A stretch of 32,000 bases of DNA from Clostridiaceae bacterium. GTDB taxonomy: Bacteria > Bacillota > Clostridia > Clostridiales > Clostridiaceae. Numbering within the stretch: the stretch's first letter is position 1; every line of letters begins with the position of its first letter. This document shows positions 1-9,324 of this stretch, piece by piece. Below the pieces are notes generated by a model. It was given only the letters and a program-made list of their open reading frames with translations, did not search any database and was not told where the DNA came from. The position numbers and the translations under genes are program-made. The DNA is taken from assembly GCA_040217795.1 (NCBI GenBank), contig JBEHWK010000010.1, forward strand, positions 4,260-36,259, given 5' to 3'.

Positions 1-245
1 CCTCTGCATCCTTGGCTTATTTCATGGTTTTGGCAAAATACACAGGAAAAATTGCAATGAGAGAAAAATACTGTTCCTGAACCATTTTTCCCGGACACGC
101 AAGGTTCCTCCCAATAATGAAGAGCAGCCCTTGCAACCTTAACTTCTTTTCCGGCTTTACAAAAGCCTGAAACTTCTTTATTTCTATTAATACCGCAATT
201 TCTATTACATAAGCGGCAACTGTCAAGCATATCTAAATAGTTCAT
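1..245 (-). CDS. Radical SAM protein, PflX-like (pyruvate formate-lyase activase homologue); N-terminal part only, gene continues past the window start
   Basis: Missing from the ORF track because it is open at the window edge. Reverse-strand ATG at 245-243 lies 6 nt after GAGGTG. My translation MNYLDMLDSCRLCNRNCGINRNKEVSGFCKAGKEVKVARAALHYWEEPCVSGKNGSGTVFFSHCNFSCVFCQNHEISQGCR has no stops down to nt 1. It carries the CxxxCxxC radical-SAM motif (CNFSCVFC) plus an N-terminal Cys cluster. Confidence 0.8.
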   Translation of the reverse strand, partial: MNYLDMLDSCRLCNRNCGINRNKEVSGFCKAGKEVKVARAALHYWEEPCVSGKNGSGTVFFSHCNFSCVFCQNHEISQGCR

Positions 246-296
246 TATAAACACCTCAAAAAGATTATACACCTTGAAAATGTCAAAATAAATTAT

Positions 297-1352
297 TTAT
301 TTTAATACATAGCGCCGTATATAAAAAGTGAGACACTGAATTATGAAAATCAAACTTAACATGCCAAATATAGGATAAAGCGTGCAAATAAGGGTTGAAA
401 AACCAATTTGGGATATAGGCAAAGCTAGAAATATTATTAAGAAAATACCCAGTTTGAAGGGGATATGGAGGGCTTGCTCTAAAGTCTTGCTTATTGAATA
501 AACATCAGAAACCTCTGTGGAGAACATCTCCATGAAAATAACGGCAAGAAGAATTCCTTTGAGTGCGGTGCCGAACCTGTCAGTGATATAGAGAAGAGGA
601 ATTTCATATTTGTATATATAAGGCTGATTCAGCATAAGCATAATATTTATTAGGAAACAAATAAAGGTTAATCCGGCTGCACCAAACACGATTCCCCAAA
701 AGAGAGTGCTCTTTTTTTTAAATTCTTTCCCTAGTGAGATTAATACTCCGCTGGAACAAAGTATATTATATCCTGAGTATAGGATTGTTGATAAAAACCA
801 GTGGTCTTTTTGTGCAGGAAAAGAGCTTAAACTCTCAAAATTTAAATAGTTTCTGTAAAAAAGTACGTAAAGAAGCATAATAGTAATAATAATAATAATA
901 AGGGATGGGACGATAACAGAATTTATTTCAATCAAACCCTTAGTGTTCCTTAAAAGAACAACAAGAGCAAGTAAAATCATAATCAATGTTCCCACTATTT
1001 TAGGAATCTTAAAAAACTGGTTAAGCAGTGCACCAGACCCGGCAAGTATTATAGAAGAACTGGACAATAAGTATAAGGTTGTGAAAATTCCGGTAAAGCT
1101 CCCCAAGATATTGGGGCTTACTTTTTTTATTACATCTGAGTATGAACTTAAGCCATAATCCAGACCTATTTTAGAAATCAGAGATCCCATTATGATGTAA
1201 AATAGCCCGCAAAGTATTATACCAATAAAGCTTTTAACACCATATACAGTAAAAAATTGCGTTATTTCCCTTCCTGATGCGAGGCCGGCACCAACAATGG
1301 TACCTATAAAGACAGCAGCCACCTGGAAAATATGTTTGATATTTTCTTTCAA
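297..1352 (-). CDS. YkvI-family polytopic membrane protein (putative transporter)
   Basis: 351-aa ORF with a TTG start 6 nt after GGAGGG and about 10 hydrophobic helices. The N-terminal FQVAAVFIGTIVGAGLASGREITQFF matches the signature I recall for the YkvI family (not searched). Confidence 0.7.
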   Translation of the reverse strand: MKENIKHIFQVAAVFIGTIVGAGLASGREITQFFTVYGVKSFIGIILCGLFYIIMGSLISKIGLDYGLSSYSDVIKKVSPNILGSFTGIFTTLYLLSSSSIILAGSGALLNQFFKIPKIVGTLIMILLALVVLLRNTKGLIEINSVIVPSLIIIIITIMLLYVLFYRNYLNFESLSSFPAQKDHWFLSTILYSGYNILCSSGVLISLGKEFKKKSTLFWGIVFGAAGLTFICFLINIMLMLNQPYIYKYEIPLLYITDRFGTALKGILLAVIFMEMFSTEVSDVYSISKTLEQALHIPFKLGIFLIIFLALPISQIGFSTLICTLYPIFGMLSLIFIIQCLTFYIRRYVLK

Positions 1353-1484
1353 TAGAATCCCTCCTATAATTTTGCCTATATAAATTATATAAGTAAATTC
1401 ATATATTTATTCCCAACTTAAATTGATAAATAGTTTAATTTGCTTTTGGAAAAGCTAAAAATATAGTTTAAGAACGGAGGGTTG

Positions 1485-2591
1485 ATGACAGTGAAGAAAT
1501 TATTAAGAATCCTTATAGCAATTATTCTCACCTTTTCACTTGAAGGGTGCAAAAGAGGAGAAAATGTAATTAGCAGGAGTGTATCTGATAATAGCTTCGA
1601 TTATGCTGAAGGAGAAAAACTCGCTGGACAGTATATAGACTTTTTATCTCAGGGTGATTTCGAAAGTTTAGCCAGGATAAGCAGTAAGGATTTAAATGAA
1701 AAGAACAGGGAGCTGGTCAGAAAGGGCAATCCTATAATTTCATATAAAAAAAGGGATTCCAGGGAAACGGGAAAAAGCATTCTATATACGTATAGAGTAA
1801 ATAAATGTTCAACAAATGCCCCAAAGGGCAGCTTGGATAATTACTCCTTAGAGATACAGAAGAATGTAAAAGGTGGATATGAGGTAGCAAGGGCAGAGGC
1901 TTCTACAGAACTTGAGGTTTTTACAAGGGATAGTTCATTAAGAATAAAATATAAAGATGATGTAAGAAGCTACTTATTGATGAGGACTTCTAACTTTCCA
2001 GGGGAAATTTATCCTAAGGTAAATAAAGCGCCGATATTTAAAGAAAGTATAGATCCTAAGGAATTCGGCATTATAAGTATATCTTATGAGGGTAAAAAGG
2101 TCGCAGTAACAGGAGTTGATGGAACAAAAACAATACTGGCTATAATAGAAATTGATGAAGAGGAAAAGAAGAAATCACTCGGAGAATCAAATGCAGGTGC
2201 AGGCACAGCTGCATCAACATCAACATCAACAGGAACGGCAGGGATTGTTGAAAATCCTATCGGTAAAAAGATTGTTTCCTTGGATATTTACAGTGGTAAA
2301 AGAGTAGAATCCATGATTTTCGGAAAGGATGAAGAAAATATAATAGTGCAATATTCAGAAGATAATAACGGGAAAGGTATAAATATTTATAAGGTCAGCA
2401 CAGGCGATTTAGCAGATGTTAAGCTTGAGGATAATTTCCCGAAAGATAAATATCAATTAATTATAAAAGGTATTGATGAGTATTCCCTTTATTTTACGGT
2501 GAAACCATTGGCGGGGGCTCAGAATATAAGACAAGATGTTGCAGGAGAATATTCTGTGAATCTAAAGGATTTAAAAATCACAAAAATGTAA
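1485..2591 (+). CDS. Hypothetical lipoprotein
   Basis: Signal peptide KKLLRILIAIILTFSLEGC ends in a lipobox Cys. GGAGG sits at 1476-1480, so the start may be ATG 1485 or GTG 1491. Two globular parts are joined by an EEEKKK...AGAGTAASTSTSTGTAG linker. No family recognised. Confidence 0.7.
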   Translation: MTVKKLLRILIAIILTFSLEGCKRGENVISRSVSDNSFDYAEGEKLAGQYIDFLSQGDFESLARISSKDLNEKNRELVRKGNPIISYKKRDSRETGKSILYTYRVNKCSTNAPKGSLDNYSLEIQKNVKGGYEVARAEASTELEVFTRDSSLRIKYKDDVRSYLLMRTSNFPGEIYPKVNKAPIFKESIDPKEFGIISISYEGKKVAVTGVDGTKTILAIIEIDEEEKKKSLGESNAGAGTAASTSTSTGTAGIVENPIGKKIVSLDIYSGKRVESMIFGKDEENIIVQYSEDNNGKGINIYKVSTGDLADVKLEDNFPKDKYQLIIKGIDEYSLYFTVKPLAGAQNIRQDVAGEYSVNLKDLKITKM

Positions 2592-2630
2592 TATAATTAA
2601 ATAAATATATTACATGAAAAAGGTGATTTG

Positions 2631-3560
2631 ATGGAAAAGGTCCTTTGGGATGGTAAAAGGTATTTAAGTTTAAATTATTTTTTAAGAAAGAAATTTGGTG
2701 AAAAAATTTTTAAAATTTCTTTAGATGCAGGTTTTTCATGCCCCAACAGGGATGGGAAGATAAGCAGCGGCGGATGCTTGTTCTGCAGTGAAAGAGGATC
2801 GGGAGATTATGCGGGAGACAGGGAGTTCTCCATAGAGAAGCAGTTTCAGCACATAAAGGAAATGATGGCTAAGAAATGGAAGAAAGGAAAATACATAGCT
2901 TATTTTCAGGCATATACCAATACATATGCTCCAGTTCAAGTTCTTAAGGAAAAATATCAGGAGGCATTGAATCAGAAGGATGTTGTTGCTTTAGCAATAG
3001 CAACAAGACCGGACTGCCTTTCTGAGGAAGTTTTGGATTTGCTGGAGGAAATAAATAAAAAGGTGTATTTATGGGTGGAATTAGGCCTTCAGACTGTTCA
3101 CGATAAAACGGCGAAACTTATTAACAGGGGATACAGTCTTAATGTTTTTGAAAAGGCTGTTGATGATTTAAGAGCAAGGGGAATAGATGTAGTGGTTCAT
3201 ACAATATTCGGTCTTCCGGAAGAAACCAGGGAGGAAATGCTTGAAACTGTGAGATATGTAGCAAAAAAGGATATACAGGGAATCAAGTTCCACTTGCTGC
3301 ATTTGATGAAGGATACTCCTATGGTTAAGTTGTATGAACAAGGAAGACTAAAATTCCTTTCTCAAGAAGATTATATTGATCTTATATGCAAGAGTATAAA
3401 TATTATTCCTCAAAGTATGGTTATACATAGGTTGACAGGTGATGCACCAAGAAGTCTTTTGATTGGACCTATGTGGAGTCTTAAAAAGTGGGAAGTATTG
3501 AATTCTATAGATAAGACATTAGAAGACAATGATTGTTATCAGGGAAAAGAGTATAAATAA
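2631..3560 (+). CDS. TIGR01212-family radical SAM protein (YtqA/YhcC-like)
   Basis: FSCPNRDGKISSGGCLFCSERGSGDY gives the Cx11CxxC cluster motif typical of this family. The length (~309 aa) fits. AGGTGA lies just upstream of ATG 2631. Confidence 0.8.
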   Translation: MEKVLWDGKRYLSLNYFLRKKFGEKIFKISLDAGFSCPNRDGKISSGGCLFCSERGSGDYAGDREFSIEKQFQHIKEMMAKKWKKGKYIAYFQAYTNTYAPVQVLKEKYQEALNQKDVVALAIATRPDCLSEEVLDLLEEINKKVYLWVELGLQTVHDKTAKLINRGYSLNVFEKAVDDLRARGIDVVVHTIFGLPEETREEMLETVRYVAKKDIQGIKFHLLHLMKDTPMVKLYEQGRLKFLSQEDYIDLICKSINIIPQSMVIHRLTGDAPRSLLIGPMWSLKKWEVLNSIDKTLEDNDCYQGKEYK

Positions 3561-3567
3561 TATAATT

Positions 3568-3614
3568 AAGGTGTGTTCCTGGGCTTCTTTTCAAGCAGCC
3601 CAGGAACACACCTT
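3568..3614. terminator. Bidirectional hairpin terminator between convergent genes
   Basis: Perfect 17-bp stem: AAGGTGTGTTCCTGGGC (3568-3584) pairs with GCCCAGGAACACACCTT (3598-3614), with a 13-nt loop. Confidence 0.8.
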
Positions 3615-3629
3615 ATCTATTAACTAATA

Positions 3630-4805
3630 TCAAATTACCTGGAAAACATAAAATTTCAGGTAGTAGGATTCATCTGATCCCCATAGTATAGGGTGGTCAC
3701 AGGATTGAGTCCTGAATTCAACCTGCCTTAACTGTCTTTTTGCATCTTTTGCAGCATCCATTATTGTCTCGGCTAACAGCTCCTGGCTCATGTAGTGGGA
3801 GCAGGAACAAGTCACAAAGAATCCGCCCTTTTTAACCATTTTAATTCCACGTAGGTTTATCTCTTTGTAACCTCTTTTAGCACCTTTTATTGTATCTCTT
3901 GACTTTGTAAAAGCAGGGGGATCAAGTATTACAACATCAAATTCTTTTCCTTCCTTTGACCAGTCAGCCAGGATGTCAAAAGCATTATGGCATTCAAATT
4001 TTACTGTTTCAGATAATCCGTTAAGTTCGGAATTCCTTCTGGCAAAATCAACAGCATGCTGGGAAACATCAATGCCAAGCACTGACTTTGCGCCTGCAAT
4101 GCCAGCGTTAAGAGCGAAGGAGCCTGTATGGGTAAAACAATCAAGAACGTTGGCATCCTTGCATATTCTATGTATTGCCTTTCTGTTTTCTTTCTGATCA
4201 AGGAAAAATCCCGTCTTTTGGCCGTTTTCAATATCCACAAAATATTTAACGCCGTTTTCAACTATCTGAACCATAGTATCAAAGGGTTCTGTCAGGAAGC
4301 CTTTCTTTTGCTCAAGACCTTCAATTTCTCTGGTGGTTATGTCGCTTCTTTCATAAACTCCTTTTGCTCCGAAGTCTTCTATAAGCAACTTTACAATGAT
4401 ATCTCTATATTTATCCATCCCCAAGGTAGATATCTGGATTACATAGTAGTCTTCAAATTTATCAATGGTAAGGCCAGGAAGAAAGTCAGCTTCTCCAAAT
4501 ACAAATCTGCAGCTTGATGTGTCTATAACCTTTTTCCTGTAATCCCAAGCCATGTTCATCTTTTGTCTGAAGAAGTTCTCATCTATATTTTCATCTATAT
4601 CTTTGGTCATTATTCGTATAGTTATTTTTGAATGGTCATTGATATAACCTTTTCCTAAAAAGATTCCTTTGAAATCATACACTTCAACTATATCACCATT
4701 TTCATATTCGCCATCATATTCGTTAATCTCGCTTATGTATATCCATGGACGGCCATGGAGAGATTTCTTAGTTATTCCCTTATTTAAATAGAATTTACAA
4801 GTCAT
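3630..4805 (-). CDS. Class I SAM-dependent rRNA methyltransferase with N-terminal PUA-like domain (RlmI/YwbD family)
   Basis: 391 aa. SAM motif I is VLDCFTHTGSFALNAG and motif IV is ILDPPAF. The N-terminal PWIY...GDIVEV resembles a PUA domain. Confidence 0.8.
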   Translation of the reverse strand: MTCKFYLNKGITKKSLHGRPWIYISEINEYDGEYENGDIVEVYDFKGIFLGKGYINDHSKITIRIMTKDIDENIDENFFRQKMNMAWDYRKKVIDTSSCRFVFGEADFLPGLTIDKFEDYYVIQISTLGMDKYRDIIVKLLIEDFGAKGVYERSDITTREIEGLEQKKGFLTEPFDTMVQIVENGVKYFVDIENGQKTGFFLDQKENRKAIHRICKDANVLDCFTHTGSFALNAGIAGAKSVLGIDVSQHAVDFARRNSELNGLSETVKFECHNAFDILADWSKEGKEFDVVILDPPAFTKSRDTIKGAKRGYKEINLRGIKMVKKGGFFVTCSCSHYMSQELLAETIMDAAKDAKRQLRQVEFRTQSCDHPILWGSDESYYLKFYVFQVI

Positions 4806-4947
4806 AATTACACTCCTTAATTTATATTTATATTGATTATATCATAATAGAATTTATTTAATATATTTTGTGAGAATACGCAGAATTATTATTTATAAAA
4901 AAAATTGAATTCTCACATACTAATAGAAATGAAGGGAGGAGTTTTTT

Positions 4948-5181
4948 ATGACTTGGGATATTATCAAGGAAATGAATCTTTATGACAAAATAGCCGATGA
5001 TTTGAAAGGTATTTCAGAGGAGGACTCTAAGCGGGTAGAGGAATATATAACAAATGGAGAGAAGCTTCAGGTGTTTAAAGAATATGTACATCAGGGATAT
5101 GATAACAGGAGATTAGGGGAAGAATTTGGACTTACAACCAACCAGGTTAGTATAATAAAAGAATTGCTTGGAAAGATTTAG
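4948..5181 (+). CDS. Small hypothetical protein (77 aa) with a C-terminal HTH-like segment
   Basis: Strong RBS GGGAGGAG 7 nt before the ATG. RLGEEFGLTTNQVSIIKELLG resembles a sigma-70 region-4-type helix-turn-helix. No family recognised. Confidence 0.6.
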   Translation: MTWDIIKEMNLYDKIADDLKGISEEDSKRVEEYITNGEKLQVFKEYVHQGYDNRRLGEEFGLTTNQVSIIKELLGKI

Positions 5182-5211
5182 ATATATTAGTGATAAAATA
5201 ATAAATTTTGA

Positions 5212-5255
5212 AATAAAAAAATGGGCCGTCTTAAAATATTAATCTGAAGCGGCCC
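5212..5255 (-). terminator. Intrinsic terminator of the BFD-like gene (may also stop the 77-aa gene)
   Basis: GGGCCG (5223-5228) pairs with CGGCCC (5250-5255), extendable by CTT/AAG. On the minus strand it is followed by a T-run (the A-run at 5214-5222 on +). Confidence 0.6.
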
Positions 5256-5280
5256 TGCTTTAAATAGGAAGATATAATGG

Positions 5281-5499
5281 TTATTCCAAAACTGATATTT
5301 TGTTAATCAGCTCTTGTATTTTGGGAGTGCATCTTCTTCCGGAGCATCCTCCTGAGCCGGCGCCAGTTGCTTTTTGCACTTCCTGAACGGTAGTTGCACC
5401 ATTCTGTATAGCTTCTTTGATCTTAGATTTGGGGATTGCCTTACATAAACAAACCTTAGTAAGCTTATCTAATATTTCTTCATTCAAGTTATTGTCCAT
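5281..5499 (-). CDS. BFD-like [2Fe-2S]-binding domain protein
   Basis: 72 aa with the Cys pattern CLC...x32...CSGRRC (CxC-x32-Cx4C). AIQNGATTVQEVQKATGAGSGGC is typical of bacterioferritin-associated-ferredoxin-like domains. Confidence 0.7.
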   Translation of the reverse strand: MDNNLNEEILDKLTKVCLCKAIPKSKIKEAIQNGATTVQEVQKATGAGSGGCSGRRCTPKIQELINKISVLE

Positions 5500-5654
5500 A
5501 GACTACAACCTCCAATAATGAATAAGGGATACTGTAATGGTAACAGAAAGTGTTAATTCTTTCTGTAAATATATTAAAACATAAACAGGTGCAAAAAGTA
5601 AATATTAACTAATATCAAGTATCTATTAGTATTGTGAAAAAATTTACATGTCCG

Positions 5655-5683
5655 TTGACTTTTTAAAAACCCTAGTATATAAT
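5655..5683 (+). promoter_or_regulatory. Sigma-A promoter of the ileS leader
   Basis: TTGACT (5655-5660), 17-nt spacer, TATAAT (5678-5683). Confidence 0.75.
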
Positions 5684-5689
5684 TTCCCT

Positions 5690-5966
5690 AGAGACTATGA
5701 ACAGGGCAAGTACCTAAGGAAGCTGGTTTTAAGAGAGTGGCTGTTTGGTGTAAAGTCACAACCGCATTTAGAGAAAATCACCTGGGAGTTGGAGGCTGAA
5801 CGTTATGTGAATTAGTAAGCTTATCCCGTTGGCCTGCGTTAAAGGATAGAGTATGACAGTACTTGATTTACTGCTGAGTGTGCATTTATGAATTTAGTTC
5901 AGCAGCATTAAACTGATGGTGGTATAGCGAATTTTACTTCGTCCAATTGGGACGGAGTTTTTTTAT
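5690..5966 (+). promoter_or_regulatory. T-box leader (tRNA-Ile sensing) with terminator
   Basis: Stem I elements AGAGAG and GGTGTAAAG are present. The candidate specifier is AUC (5777-5779) followed by A. The T-box is AAACTGATGGTGGTATAGCG (~5910-5929). The terminator pairs ACTTCGTCC (5936-5944) with GGACGGAGT (5950-5958) and is followed by a T-run to 5965. Confidence 0.85.
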
Positions 5967-5999
5967 TTTTAGGGGAATTCTTAGAAGGGAGATATAACT

Positions 6000-8900
6000 A
6001 TGTACAATAAGATCGATGTATCAAAAGGGTTTGTGGATATGGAAAATCAGATAACAGGCCTTTGGAAAGAAAAAAATGTAATCAATAGAAACTTTGAAAT
6101 GAATAAAGATGGGGAGTTCTTCACTTTTTATGACGGACCTCCTACAGCAAATGGTAAGCCTCATGTAGGTCACGTTTTAACCAGGGTTATGAAGGACATT
6201 ATTCCAAGATTCAAAGTAATGAAGGGATATAAGGTAATAAGAAAAGCTGGATGGGATACTCATGGACTTCCTGTAGAACTTGAAATAGAAAAGAAACTTG
6301 GAATTTCAGGCAAGGAACAAATAGAAGAATATGGTGTAGAGAAGTTTGTTCAAGAGTGTAAGGACAGTGTATTTACTTATGTAAGCATGTGGGAAGAGAT
6401 GACAAACAAAATAGGATATTGGGTTGATATGGAGAAACCATATGTTACCTATCACAATTCCTATATTGAATCTGTTTGGTGGGCTCTTAAAGAAATGTGG
6501 AATAAAGATCTTTTATATAAAGGTCATAAAATAATGCCGTACTGCCCAAGATGCGGAACAGGTCTTTCTTCACATGAGGTTTCTCAAGGATATAAGGATG
6601 TTAAGGATCTGACTGCAATAGCAAAGTTCAAGGTTAAGGGAGAAGATAATAAATATATATTGGCATGGACAACAACTCCGTGGACATTACCTTCAAACCT
6701 GGCATTATGTATAAATAAAGCTTATGTATATGCTGAAGTGAATCATGGTGATGAGGTTTATATTTTAGCCAAGGATTTAGTTAATAAGCTATTGGGAGAA
6801 GATTCAGAAATTATAAGGGAATTTAAAGGCGAAGAGCTTTTAGGTACAGAATATGAACAATTGATGCCTTTTGCAAAGGTTGAGGAAAAAGCCTTTTATG
6901 TTGTTCATGGAGACTACGTTACTCTGTCAGACGGTACCGGAGTAGTTCATATTGCACCAGCGTATGGAGAAGAGGACAGTTTAATCGGTAAGAAGTATAA
7001 TCTTCCGCTTCTTAACCTTGTTAATGCACAAGGAGAGTTTGAGCCGGAGGTTACTCCATGGGCAGGAAAGTTTGTTAAGAAATGCGATGACAGCATTGTT
7101 GAATATTTAAAAGAAAACAATAAGCTGTTCAAGGCAGAAAAACACTTGCATTCATATCCACATTGCTGGAGATGTGATACTCCGTTATTATATTATCCAA
7201 AGGACAGCTGGTTTGTAAGAACTACTTCCTTAAGAGATAAGTTAATAGAAAATAACAATAAAATTAATTGGTATCCTGATAACATAAGAACAGGAAGATT
7301 TGGTAAGTTCCTTGAAAATGTTATTGACTGGGGTATCTCAAGAGACAGATACTGGGGAACACCATTGCCAATCTGGGAATGTGAATGTGGTCACAGGGAA
7401 TGTATAGGAAGCATTGAAGAATTGAAAAATAAGGGTATAAATGTACCTGAAGATATAGAACTTCACAAGCCTTTCATAGATAAGGTGAACTTAAAGTGTG
7501 AAAAATGCGGAAAGGAAATGAAGAGATATTCAGAAGTTATAGACTGTTGGTTTGACTCCGGATCTATGCCTTTTGCACAACATCATTATCCTTTTGAAAA
7601 TAAGGAATTGTTTGAAGCAAACTTCCCTGCACAATTCATATCAGAAGCGGTTGACCAGACAAGGGGATGGTTTTACACACTGTTGGCTATCTCTACAGCA
7701 ATTTTTGACAGAAATTCTTTTGAAAATTGTATAGTTTTAGGGCACGTTTTAGATAAGAAAGGGTTAAAGATGTCAAAATCCAAGGGAAATGTTGTGGCTC
7801 CGAATGATGTTTTGGACTCAGTGGGAGCAGATGCTACAAGATGGCATTTCTACACAGCAAGTGCTCCATGGCTTCCAACAAGATTTTCTAAAGATGATGT
7901 AGCTGATACTCAAAGAAAATTCTTAAGCACTCTTTGGAATGTTTATTCTTTCTATGTGCTGTATGCTGATTTAGACAAATTCGATGCAACAAAATATTCA
8001 GACTTTAAGTCAGACAATGTAATGGATAAGTGGATATTATCCAAATTAAACACTTTAATTAAAACAGTGGAAGAGGACTTGGAAGGATACAGAATAACTC
8101 AAGGTGCGTTAGCATTAGAGGATTTTGTTGATGAGCTATCCAACTGGTATGTAAGAAGAAACAGATCCAGATACTGGACTACTGAATTAACTGAGGATAA
8201 AATAGGTGCATATTCTACATTGTATAAAGTGTTGGTGACTTTATCAAAGGTAGCGGCTCCTTTCGTTCCATTTATGACAGAGGCTATTTATCAGAGCTTA
8301 GTAGTTTCATTGGACAAAAAAGCTCCAGAAAGTGTTCATTTATGCACTTGGCCACAATATGACGCTTCAGAGGTAAATCTTGAGCTGGAAAAAGAGATGG
8401 ATTTAGCCTATGCTATAGTAAAGATGGGAAGAAGCGCTAGAAACACAGCAAACATCAAAAACAGGCAGCCCCTTGGAGAAATGCTGGTATCAACTGCATC
8501 TCTTCCGGTTTATTACGGAGACATAATAAAAGATGAACTTAATATCAAGTATATAGAATTTGGAGCAGATTTATCAAAATATGTTAATTTTGAAATAAAA
8601 CCAAATCTTCCTGTTTTAGGAAAGTCTTATGGTAAAATGATTCCTGCAATAAGAAAAGAAATAGCATCAAGAAATCAAATGGAACTTGCACAAAAAATTC
8701 AAAGCGGAGGAGAAGAAGTTATAACAATTCAAGGTAATGACATTGTTTTAAATAATGAAAATCTGCTTGTAACAATGCAAGGGCTTGAAGGATATGCATT
8801 TGCAGGAGAGGGCTCTACTGGGGTAGTTTTAGATACAGCTATCACTGAGGAGCTAAGAGAAGAAGGACACTTAAGAGAGATTATTTCAAAGATACAAAAC

Positions 8901-9107
8901 ATGAGAAAAGAAAGTGGTTTTGAAGTGGCTGACAAGATAAATCTATATTTAGCCGGTAATGATATGCTTAAAGGCGTAGCGGAGAAATTTGAACAGAATA
9001 TTAAGAAGGAAACATTGACTGAAGCTATTTTCTTTAATGAAAATAAGGATTATTCTGAGTGCAATATCAATGGTGAAACCCTAAATATGACTGTTGAGAA
9101 AATCTAG
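6000..9107 (+). CDS. ileS: Isoleucine--tRNA ligase (long, ~1035-aa type-2 form)
   Basis: HIGH-type motif PHVGHVLT and KMSKS motif (KMSKSKGN). Cys-pair zinc knuckles CPRCG/CWRC and CECGH/CEKCG. Sits downstream of an Ile-specific T-box. Confidence 0.97.
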   Translation: MYNKIDVSKGFVDMENQITGLWKEKNVINRNFEMNKDGEFFTFYDGPPTANGKPHVGHVLTRVMKDIIPRFKVMKGYKVIRKAGWDTHGLPVELEIEKKLGISGKEQIEEYGVEKFVQECKDSVFTYVSMWEEMTNKIGYWVDMEKPYVTYHNSYIESVWWALKEMWNKDLLYKGHKIMPYCPRCGTGLSSHEVSQGYKDVKDLTAIAKFKVKGEDNKYILAWTTTPWTLPSNLALCINKAYVYAEVNHGDEVYILAKDLVNKLLGEDSEIIREFKGEELLGTEYEQLMPFAKVEEKAFYVVHGDYVTLSDGTGVVHIAPAYGEEDSLIGKKYNLPLLNLVNAQGEFEPEVTPWAGKFVKKCDDSIVEYLKENNKLFKAEKHLHSYPHCWRCDTPLLYYPKDSWFVRTTSLRDKLIENNNKINWYPDNIRTGRFGKFLENVIDWGISRDRYWGTPLPIWECECGHRECIGSIEELKNKGINVPEDIELHKPFIDKVNLKCEKCGKEMKRYSEVIDCWFDSGSMPFAQHHYPFENKELFEANFPAQFISEAVDQTRGWFYTLLAISTAIFDRNSFENCIVLGHVLDKKGLKMSKSKGNVVAPNDVLDSVGADATRWHFYTASAPWLPTRFSKDDVADTQRKFLSTLWNVYSFYVLYADLDKFDATKYSDFKSDNVMDKWILSKLNTLIKTVEEDLEGYRITQGALALEDFVDELSNWYVRRNRSRYWTTELTEDKIGAYSTLYKVLVTLSKVAAPFVPFMTEAIYQSLVVSLDKKAPESVHLCTWPQYDASEVNLELEKEMDLAYAIVKMGRSARNTANIKNRQPLGEMLVSTASLPVYYGDIIKDELNIKYIEFGADLSKYVNFEIKPNLPVLGKSYGKMIPAIRKEIASRNQMELAQKIQSGGEEVITIQGNDIVLNNENLLVTMQGLEGYAFAGEGSTGVVLDTAITEELREEGHLREIISKIQNMRKESGFEVADKINLYLAGNDMLKGVAEKFEQNIKKETLTEAIFFNENKDYSECNINGETLNMTVEKI

Positions 9108-9133
9108 TAAAAGAAAAAAATAAATTATTTGCA

Positions 9134-9175
9134 AAAATCAACCCTATATAGCAAGATTAGGGTTGATTTTTTATT
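9134..9175 (+). terminator. ileS intrinsic terminator
   Basis: AAAATCAACCCT (9134-9145) pairs with AGGGTTGATTTT (9159-9170), followed by more T residues. Confidence 0.8.
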
Positions 9176-9212
9176 TATTATTGATAAAATGATAAATGAG
9201 TTATGAAAACAA

Positions 9213-9241
9213 TTGAAAACACGAATCTATTTTCGTATAAT
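9213..9241 (+). promoter_or_regulatory. Sigma-A promoter of the LacI-family gene
   Basis: TTGAAA (9213-9218), 17-nt spacer, TATAAT (9236-9241). Confidence 0.65.
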
Positions 9242-9324
9242 TAGAGTAGGAAAACGTTTAGATAAGCGTGTTTTATTTTGGAAATATAAAGTTATAATAA
9301 ATTTATAAAACGGGAGTGATGATT

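Noticed and set aside
17-226. 69-aa minus-strand ORF from the supplied track
   Set aside because: It is out of frame with, and fully contained in, the stop-free radical-SAM reading frame (245 to 1). That frame has an RBS and a CxxxCxxC motif, whereas the 69-aa product has no recognisable features.
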